The notes beneath the pieces were generated by a model. That model saw only the letters and a program-made list of their open reading frames with translations, searched no databases and was not told where the DNA came from. Of a stretch of DNA of 64,000 nt, positions 54,173 through 60,871 are shown one piece after another (the first letter of the stretch is position 1; each line of letters opens with the position of its first letter). Source of the stretch: Frankiaceae bacterium (GTDB lineage Bacteria; Actinomycetota; Actinomycetes; BP-191); NCBI GenBank assembly GCA_035940575.1, contig DASZER010000011.1:315-64314 (forward strand). Direction: 5' to 3'. The position numbers were made by a program, and so were the translations under genes.

Positions 54173-54361
54173 ATGACCAAGCGCATCGCGCGCCTCGCCC
54201 TCGCGGGCGCCGCGCTGACGGCGTTCGCCCTGCCGGCGGCACCGGCGTCCGCCGCGACCGTCTGCCTGGACCCCGCCACAGTGGCCCCCGTCTGCACGTC
54301 GACGCCCGGCCGGACCTGCGTCGTCCAGGAGCCGACAACCGGCACCGAGCTCTGCGTCTAG
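54173..54361 (+). CDS. Small secreted 4-Cys peptide (62 aa)
   Basis: RBS GGGAGGTGA; MTKRIARLALAGAALTAFALPAAPASA-ATVCLDPATVAPVCTSTPGRTCVVQEPTTGTELCV. Confidence 0.75.
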   Translation: MTKRIARLALAGAALTAFALPAAPASAATVCLDPATVAPVCTSTPGRTCVVQEPTTGTELCV

Positions 54362-54375
54362 ACCCCCCGGAACGC

Positions 54376-54420
54376 GCGCGGGGAGCGGCGGATCGGCCCG
54401 CCGCGCTTCGGCCCCCGCGC
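54376..54420. terminator. Hairpin between convergent genes
   Basis: GCGCGGGG...CCCCGCGC outer stem with an internal GCGGCGG/CCGCCGC stem. Confidence 0.5.
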
Positions 54421-56102
54421 TACCGGGCGGTCGCCACCGACGGCGGCAGCTCGCGGGCGCTCGACGGCAGCGCCACGTCGAGCGCGTACAGCGCGTTGCG
54501 CACCGCCCGTCCCGCCGCCCGCGCCAGGCCCGGGTCGAGGACCCCTCGCCTGGCGCAGTCCAGCGCCGCGCGCGCGATCCTGTCCGCGTGGCCCGCGACG
54601 TCGGCGGCGTCGTAGCGGCCCGCCGCCCGCGCGAACACGTACGGCAGCGCGTTCAGCGCCAGCGCCAGGTCGAGCACCGCCCGCCGCGCCGCCTTGCCCT
54701 CCGGCTCCCGCGCCGACGCGGGCGGGTCGTCCGCGAGCCGCAGCACCGCGAGCAGCCGCGCGAGGCGCGGCGTCGTCTCCGTCCACACGAGGTCGTTGTC
54801 GTAGGTGATCGTGTCCTCGCGCCGCTTCGCGAGGATGAACACCTTCATCAGCGCGACCGCGAGCCGTTCGGCCGTCTCGACGTGGTACGGCTGCGCCTCC
54901 CACTCCGCGACGAACCGGTCGCGGAACCCGTCGAGCAGCGCGTCGGCCGAGACCTCGTTGCCGGTGCGCGAGCGGATCTTGCCGTCGGGGCTGCGGATCA
55001 TGCCGTACCAGATGCCGTCGGTCCCGTCCGCGACGGGCGCGTGACCGAGGCGGCGGAGGATCTCCAGGAACTGGGTGAACGACTCCCGCCACTGCTCGCC
55101 CGTGATCCGCACGACGCGCCCCTTCGGGTGGAGCTGCGCGCGGCGGACCCAGATCGCGACGAAGAACACCAGGGACAACGGCGTCCCGTCGCGCCGCAGC
55201 AACGTCACCTCGCCGAGCCCCACGTCGGAGAGGTCCATGTACACGGAGCCGTCGGGGCGGCGCAGCGCGGTGCCGTTCTCGACGGCCCTGTCGAGCAGCT
55301 CCATCGCGCACGGCAGCGCCTCGAGCTCGCGCAGCACGAAGTCGTGGCGCATCCCGACCCGCAGGTACGTCTCGCGGATGCCCTCGATCGCCCACTCGGT
55401 CACGCGCTCGTTGAGCGCGACCGCGTCGGGGTCGCCCGCCCACTGCCGCCGCAACAGCTCGGCCGCCTCGGCGTCGAGCTCGGTCACCTCGTCGTCGTAG
55501 GCCGCGATCGCCATGCGCTCGGTGTGGAAGCGCGTGTACCAGCGGCCCACCCAGTGGTCCTTCTTCGTGTCCGGCTCGGCGCCCTCGCCCCAGCGCAGGT
55601 ACGCGACGAGCGCCTGGCAGACGTGGATGCCGAAGTTCGCGAGCTCCTCGGTCGTCGTGATCTCCCAGCCCTGCGTCTCGTGGAGGCGCGACGCGGACTT
55701 GCCGAGGAAGACGTTGCGCAGGTGGCCCACGTGCAGCGGCTTGTTCGCGTTGGGGCAGCCGATCGAGAACACCATCGGCTCGCCGAGCGGCGGCTGCCAG
55801 CCGTAGCGGTCGCCGCTCGCCGCGACCGCTTCCGTGACGGCGCGGACGACGAGGCCGTCGGCGGGGCGGACGTAGACGCGCGGCGGGATCGGCAGCGCCG
55901 CCTCGATGCCCTCGACGTCGGCGAGGGTCTTGGCGAGCGTTCGGGCGGCGTCCTTGGGGTTGCCCTCGGGGTCGGCCTCCCGCGCGTCGACGCGGAACTC
56001 CGCGGGCGCGTTCGGTGCCGCCCGCTCGACCTCGAGGCGCAGGCCGGTGGCCCGCTCGATCAGCGCGGAGAGGGCGCGTTCGGCCGGTCCCGCGACCGCC
56101 AC
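54420..56102 (-). CDS. Divergent arginyl-tRNA synthetase-like protein (class I aaRS paralogue)
   Basis: CPNANKPLHVGHLRNVFLG (HIGH), LLRRDGT, YGMI...KIRSRTGN (KMSKS-like) and a DALR-like helical C-terminus; RBS GAGGGAGAGG. Confidence 0.8.
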   Translation of the reverse strand: MAVAGPAERALSALIERATGLRLEVERAAPNAPAEFRVDAREADPEGNPKDAARTLAKTLADVEGIEAALPIPPRVYVRPADGLVVRAVTEAVAASGDRYGWQPPLGEPMVFSIGCPNANKPLHVGHLRNVFLGKSASRLHETQGWEITTTEELANFGIHVCQALVAYLRWGEGAEPDTKKDHWVGRWYTRFHTERMAIAAYDDEVTELDAEAAELLRRQWAGDPDAVALNERVTEWAIEGIRETYLRVGMRHDFVLRELEALPCAMELLDRAVENGTALRRPDGSVYMDLSDVGLGEVTLLRRDGTPLSLVFFVAIWVRRAQLHPKGRVVRITGEQWRESFTQFLEILRRLGHAPVADGTDGIWYGMIRSPDGKIRSRTGNEVSADALLDGFRDRFVAEWEAQPYHVETAERLAVALMKVFILAKRREDTITYDNDLVWTETTPRLARLLAVLRLADDPPASAREPEGKAARRAVLDLALALNALPYVFARAAGRYDAADVAGHADRIARAALDCARRGVLDPGLARAAGRAVRNALYALDVALPSSARELPPSVATAR

Positions 56103-56133
56103 CGCGCCTCTCCCTCTCGTGCCGTGCCTGTCG

Positions 56134-56402
56134 TGCGCCCGACGGGGCTCGAACCCGCAACCTTCGGTTTACAAGACCGATGCTCTTGAGACGGGACGTG
56201 CGATCCGCCCTCGCGCCGCGGGGTCCCACCGACGCCTTCGGCTAGCGCGGTGGAGGGCCGCACGAGGGTCTGCAGCTCCTCGTGAGGAGAGGTGCGCCGC
56301 CGCTAGCAGACGACGTTCTCTCCGGACGACCTGTGGGTGGTTCGTGCGACGGGTCGAGCGGGCCGGGTGTCCCCTCTCTTTCACCGATTGAGCTACGAGC
56401 GC
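56134..56402 (-). tRNA. tRNA with anticodon TGT (Thr reading), D-loop interrupted by a 196-nt structured insertion (56187-56382)
   Basis: The 5' piece GCGCTCG-TA-GCTC-AATCGGT (56402-56383) and the 3' piece A-GAGC-A-TCGGT-CTTGTAA-ACCGA-AGGTT-GCGGG-TTCGAGC-CCCGT-CGGGCGC-A (56186-56134) join into a canonical 73-nt cloverleaf. Confidence 0.85.
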
Positions 56403-56588
56403 AGGGATGCGACGCCCGAATCGGGGCCGCCGGGGGATGGTGGCGGCGCGACGGTGGCGGCGTCAAGGGCGCGCGATGTTCCGGACGGCCCAGGCAGGAA
56501 CCGCCGGATGGGTGACGAATCACCCGCCGTTCGCAGGCACGCGCGTCGCTGCGGGGGCAGGACCGCATGACGAAGGAAGGGACACCCC

Positions 56589-57101
56589 TTGAAGGTCAGC
56601 AAGTACGGAGTGCTCGGGCTCGGCGTCGTCGCCGCGCTCGGCGTCGCGACCCCCGGCTTCACCGGCGGCAACAAGTACGCGCCCGTCGCCGACACCCGCG
56701 ACTGCGGCGACGGCGACGCCGTCAACTGGCTCGGCGCCACCACCCTGTGGCCGCCGAACCACAAGTTCCAGTCCTCGACCGTGGCCGCCGACGGCGGCAC
56801 CGACACCGAGGGCGTCTCGATCGCGATCGTCCCGTCGGTCCTCGACGCGACCGGCGGCGACGGCGGCGCCAACCACGACCCCGACTGGATGTACGAGTCG
56901 GCGCCTGCGACCGGCACGGGCACGGCCACCCAGGACCTCGCGCTGCGCGCCGAGCGTTCGGGCCGTGGCGAGGGCCGCGTGTACACGATCGACTGGACCG
57001 CGACGTTCGACGACGGCCTCAAGACCTGCTCCTCGACCGACGAGGGCCAGACGCCGTTCACCGTCACCGTCCCGCACGACATGCGCGACAAGAACAGCTG
57101 A
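56589..57101 (+). CDS. Secreted protein with an LWPPNHK...LRAER...GRVYTI...VPHD domain
   Basis: RBS GAAGGGA, TTG start, signal peptide and a recognisable conserved motif set. Confidence 0.7.
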   Translation: MKVSKYGVLGLGVVAALGVATPGFTGGNKYAPVADTRDCGDGDAVNWLGATTLWPPNHKFQSSTVAADGGTDTEGVSIAIVPSVLDATGGDGGANHDPDWMYESAPATGTGTATQDLALRAERSGRGEGRVYTIDWTATFDDGLKTCSSTDEGQTPFTVTVPHDMRDKNS

Positions 57102-57910
57102 GCACCCCGCACGTCACCCGAGGGCCCGGCTCCGGCCGGGCCCTCGGCCTGCGCGCCGCCGCCCTCGCGGTCGCGGCGGCGCTGCTGACCGGCTGCGTCT
57201 CCGGCGACGCCGAGGACCCCGGCGGCCTGCCGCACCGCGACCTCGCGGCCACCCCCGAGTCGCTGCCGCCCGAGGCGCCACCGGCCGCCGCGTCCGTCTC
57301 GGGCTCGCCCAGCGCCTCGCGGCCCGCCTCCCCCCGGTCTCCCGGGTCTTCCGCGCCTTCCGTCTCCGGCTCGTCGCGGTCGCCCGGAGCGACCGCGCGC
57401 CCCTCGTCCGGCGCGACGCCGGCGGGTCCCGGCGCGGCGTTCCGCGCCGTCGGCGCGACCCGCGACGCGACGGGCGACCCGGAGGGCGCAGGCCCCGCCT
57501 ACGCCGACCTGGCCGGCGTCACGATCGAGGACGACGGCACGAACGCGCGCGTCACCGTGACGTTCGCCGGGGACGTGCCCGCGCGGCTGCCGGCCGGCGA
57601 GACGATGGGGGTCGGCGTCGACCTCTACCGCTCCCGGACGCAGAACGAGAGCGACTACCAGCTCTTCACCGACGGGAGCTCCGGCGGCTGGTACGCCTAC
57701 CTCCAGCAGGGCAGCACGTTCGTGCGCTACCCGGGCCGCTTCGGCATCGGCGGGCGGCGGATCGTGTTCACGGTGCCGTGGTCGGCGCTGGGGTCGCCCG
57801 CGTCGGGCCGCTTCTCGGCGTTCGCCGACTGGACGCGCGACGCGGCGCCGGGAAACGAGTTCAGCGAGGACCACGCGCCGGACCTCGGCAACGCGGCGTT
57901 CACCCGCTGA
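57098..57910 (+). CDS. Hypothetical lipoprotein with Ser/Pro-rich linker (start uncertain)
   Basis: Lipobox LLTGC, low-complexity linker and a beta-rich C-terminal domain (DATGD, ADLAGV, FTVPWSALG, DHAPD). Confidence 0.65.
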   Translation: MSTPHVTRGPGSGRALGLRAAALAVAAALLTGCVSGDAEDPGGLPHRDLAATPESLPPEAPPAAASVSGSPSASRPASPRSPGSSAPSVSGSSRSPGATARPSSGATPAGPGAAFRAVGATRDATGDPEGAGPAYADLAGVTIEDDGTNARVTVTFAGDVPARLPAGETMGVGVDLYRSRTQNESDYQLFTDGSSGGWYAYLQQGSTFVRYPGRFGIGGRRIVFTVPWSALGSPASGRFSAFADWTRDAAPGNEFSEDHAPDLGNAAFTR

Positions 57911-58310
57911 CGTTCGGCCCCGCCCGCTCCACGTCGACGAGCAGCATCACGCGGCGTTCGCGCTCCATGGCGGCGCGGTAGTCGTCCCAGTCCGGGTGCT
58001 CGCCCGCGACGTCGCGGTAGTACTCGACCAGCAGGTCCATCGCCTCGGGCAGGCTCACGACCTCCGCGCGCCCCTCGAGCTGCGCCCACTCGCCGTAGAA
58101 GGCGTCGGAGAGCACGCACAGCGACACGAACGGGTCGCGGCGGACGTTCTTGGTCTTGATCGCGGTCTCGCGCGTCGAGATGCGCAGCCGGCCGTCGGGC
58201 CCGACGCCGACGGTCACCGGCGAGAGCTGCGGGCGGTCGTCGGAGCGCGTGGTCGACAGGACCGCCCGGTGGTTGCTCCGGACGAACTCCAAGGCCTCGG
58301 CGACGTCCAA
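57900..58310 (-). CDS. PPOX-class F420-dependent oxidoreductase
   Basis: AVLSTTRSDDRPQLSPV, KTKNVRRDP and EHPDWDDYRAAM motifs. Confidence 0.88.
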   Translation of the reverse strand: MDVAEALEFVRSNHRAVLSTTRSDDRPQLSPVTVGVGPDGRLRISTRETAIKTKNVRRDPFVSLCVLSDAFYGEWAQLEGRAEVVSLPEAMDLLVEYYRDVAGEHPDWDDYRAAMERERRVMLLVDVERAGPNVSG

Positions 58311-58357
58311 TCGGGGCTCCCTTCGCGCACTGGCCGGGCGGCTGGTTGGATCGTGCC

Positions 58358-59581
58358 ATGCGTCGTTCCGCCGCGTTCGCGGCCTTCGCCCTGCTGCTCG
58401 CCGGCTGCGGCGGCGGCGGCAAGCCCGCCGCCTCGCCGTCCGCGTCGGCCCCGCGCCCCGCGTCGTCCGCGCCGTCCGCGTCCGGCCCCGGCGCGTCGAC
58501 GCCGCCGTCGAAGCAGGGCGCGCCGCGGCTGGAGAAGGTCGCGCTGTTCCAAGGCGCCGTCTACGTCACCTCGCCGCCGAACGACCCGCGGCTGTTCGTC
58601 GTCGAGCTGCCGGGGCGCGTTCGCGTCGTCCGCGACGGTCAGCTCAAGAAGGAGCCGTTCCTCGACATCGTCGACCTCGTGTCGCTCGGCGGGGAGCAGG
58701 GGCTCCTGTCGGTCGCGTTCGCGCCGGACTACGCGCAGTCCGGCCGCTTCTACGTCGACTACACCGACAAGGCCGGCGACGTGCGGATCGTCGAGTACCG
58801 CGTCTCGGGGTCCGACCCCGACCGCGCCGACGAGGGCACCCGCCGCGAGCTGCTGCGGATCGCCAAGCCCGCCGCCAACCACAACGGCGGCCTCGTGCTG
58901 TTCGACCCGACGGGGAAGCTGCTCATCGGCATCGGCGACGGCGGTGGCGGCGGCGACCCGGAGAACGACGCGCAGAACCTCGGCAACCTGCTCGGCAAGG
59001 TCCTGCGGATCGACCCGCTGCCGTCGGGCGACCAGCCGTACGGCATCCCGCGGGACAACCCGTTCGTCGGCCGCGCCGGCGCGCGCGGGGAGGTCTGGCA
59101 GTACGGGCTGCGCAACCCGTGGCGGTTCTCGTTCGACCCGGCGACCGGCGACTTCTACCTGGGCGACGTCGGCCAGAACCGCGTCGAGGAGGTCAACGTC
59201 GTCCCGCGCGACCGGCAGGCGGGCGCCAACTACGGCTGGCGCGTGTACGAGGGCCGCTCGCGCTTCAAGCCCGGCGAGGAGCCGACGGACCCGCAGCGGC
59301 TGGTCACGCCGGTGCACGTCTACAACCACGCCGACGGCCGTTGCGCCGTCACGGCCGGGGTCGTGTACCGCGGGAGCGTCGAGGCGCTGCGCGGGCGGTT
59401 CCTGTTCGGCGACTACTGCTCGGGCGAGGTGTGGTCGTTCCCGGCGGGCACCGGCGACCGGCCGGCGGTGACGAAGCTGCCGTTCTCGGGCGGGCACGTG
59501 TCGTCGTTCGGCGTCGACTCGGCGGGCGAGGCGTACGTGCTGTCGCAGGACGGCGAGGTCTGGAGAATCACCGCGGGCTGA
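58358..59581 (+). CDS. PQQ-dependent sugar (glucose/sorbosone) dehydrogenase lipoprotein
   Basis: Lipobox LLAGC; EQGLLSVAF, NHNGG, GDGG, GKVLRID, GLRNPWRFSFD and NYGW motifs. Confidence 0.9.
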   Translation: MRRSAAFAAFALLLAGCGGGGKPAASPSASAPRPASSAPSASGPGASTPPSKQGAPRLEKVALFQGAVYVTSPPNDPRLFVVELPGRVRVVRDGQLKKEPFLDIVDLVSLGGEQGLLSVAFAPDYAQSGRFYVDYTDKAGDVRIVEYRVSGSDPDRADEGTRRELLRIAKPAANHNGGLVLFDPTGKLLIGIGDGGGGGDPENDAQNLGNLLGKVLRIDPLPSGDQPYGIPRDNPFVGRAGARGEVWQYGLRNPWRFSFDPATGDFYLGDVGQNRVEEVNVVPRDRQAGANYGWRVYEGRSRFKPGEEPTDPQRLVTPVHVYNHADGRCAVTAGVVYRGSVEALRGRFLFGDYCSGEVWSFPAGTGDRPAVTKLPFSGGHVSSFGVDSAGEAYVLSQDGEVWRITAG

Positions 59582-59661
59582 GCCGTATCCCCGGGCGCAC
59601 CTCCCGCGCCTGTAGGCCCGAACGACCACGACCGAACGCCCAGGAAGCAGGTTCTCTTCTC

Positions 59662-60210
59662 ATGCTCGTACGTTCCACGGCTCTTGCCGCGCTCGCCGCG
59701 GCCGCGGCCCTCGCGGCCGGCGGCACCACCGCGACCGTCGTCCTCTCCGCCTCCGACAAGGGCGTCGCCGCCTCGTCCGAGCGCACCGAGCACGCGAAGG
59801 CCGGCGCCGAGCACGGCAAGTCCGCCGACGCCGTGAACGACGACGCCGAGGACGAGGGCACCGACACCGCGGTCGAGGCGCCCGAGTGCCCGGCCGGCGT
59901 GAAGAACCACGGCGCGTACGTCTCGTCGGTCGCCAAGGCGAAGGCCGAGGACGCCGAGCCCGGCGACCACGGCGCGCTCGTCTCCGCCGCCGCCAAGAGC
60001 GACTGCGGCAAGACCGAGGGCGACGAGGGCGACGAGGACGACGACGCCGACGAGGCGAAGCCCGCGAAGCCGTCCAAGGGCGAGGGCGCCAAGTCCGACG
60101 CCGCCGAGGCCGGCAAGGCCAACGCCTCCGAGAAGGGCCAGGCCGGGCAGCAGCTCGGCGCCGCTCGCGGCAAGTCCGCCGAGCACGCGCCGGCGCGGCC
60201 CACGCGCTAG
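59662..60210 (+). CDS. Secreted low-complexity protein with two HGAxVSxxAK repeats
   Basis: Signal-like N-terminus; KNHGAYVSSVAK and GDHGALVSAAAK; acidic and Lys-rich tail. Confidence 0.65.
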   Translation: MLVRSTALAALAAAAALAAGGTTATVVLSASDKGVAASSERTEHAKAGAEHGKSADAVNDDAEDEGTDTAVEAPECPAGVKNHGAYVSSVAKAKAEDAEPGDHGALVSAAAKSDCGKTEGDEGDEDDDADEAKPAKPSKGEGAKSDAAEAGKANASEKGQAGQQLGAARGKSAEHAPARPTR

Positions 60211-60228
60211 CCCCCCACCAGACCGACA

Positions 60229-60264
60229 CAGCCCGGCTGCGCGCCCCCGAGCGCGGCCGGGCTG
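60229..60264 (+). terminator. Hairpin terminator
   Basis: CAGCCCGGCTGCGC...GCGCGGCCGGGCTG inverted repeat. Confidence 0.6.
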
Positions 60265-60554
60265 AGTCGTGTCCGCCCCCGCCGCGCTACGCGCGCCGGG
60301 GCGGCGAGCACGCCGCGACGCCGCGGGGGGCGATGGCCGAACGTGGCGGTGGGGCAGCGGCCAACCGCGTAGCGACCGTGGCGAGCGCGGCGAGCGCGGC
60401 GAGCGCGGCGGTGGGCGGCGTGGACGCGGGCGCGTGGGGGCAACGCGGGCGTGCGACGCGGAGGGGCAGCGGCGCGCGTGAGGCGGCGACGCGACGCGGC
60501 GGAGCGGCTGGCGTGCGGGCGCGGCGGTGTCGGGTGGGTGGTGCGCGCGTGGGG

Positions 60555-60779
60555 TCAGACGACGCGGCGGCGGTGCAGGTCGTGCTCGTGGACGATCGCG
60601 GTGGCGTAGCCGTGGGGCAGGTCGTGCTCGTCCTTGAGCCAGGTCACCCGCTCCTCGAAGCGCAGCAGCGCGGGGCCGTTCTCGATCGCCTCGAACCACT
60701 GGGGGAGGTGCCGACCGGTCACCTCGGGGATCCGCTGGAGCATGTTCTGGTGGGTCTCCAAGGAGTGGTGCAGCGACAT
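60555..60779 (-). CDS. DUF4287 domain protein
   Basis: IPEVTGR...W and WLKDEHDLPHGYATAIVHE motifs; RBS GGGAGG. Confidence 0.85.
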   Translation of the reverse strand: MSLHHSLETHQNMLQRIPEVTGRHLPQWFEAIENGPALLRFEERVTWLKDEHDLPHGYATAIVHEHDLHRRRVV

Positions 60780-60871
60780 GCGACCTCCCGGTGCGCGCTA
60801 GCGGTCCATGGCCCCACCTTGCCTCTCCGCCCGTCTCTCGGCAAGACCCGACTTGGGCCATTTCCGCGCCG

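Noticed and set aside
56134-56186. 3' tRNA fragment as a prophage or ICE att site
   Set aside because: The matching 5' half is present 196 nt away, nothing is duplicated, and no integrase is nearby.
56187-56382. Insert as a canonical group I or group II intron, or an archaeal BHB intron
   Set aside because: Splicing at a terminal G would delete A21/G22 of the D-arm. I found no clear P7 (GACUA/UAGUC) pairing, no GUGYG start or domain V on the tRNA strand, and no bulge-helix-bulge. Not formally excluded without a covariance search.
56187-56382. Insert as a bona fide T-box riboswitch
   Set aside because: GGTGGGACC and CGTCCC resemble the T-box antiterminator, but the flanking helices do not pair properly and no specifier loop could be assigned.
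55906-56592. Short ORFs overlapping the interrupted tRNA
   Set aside because: They have no RBS or recognisable motifs and are better explained by the RNA gene.
60380-60410. GGCGAGCGC x3 repeat and G-rich tract at 60270-60550
   Set aside because: Low-complexity intergenic sequence with no supportable function.
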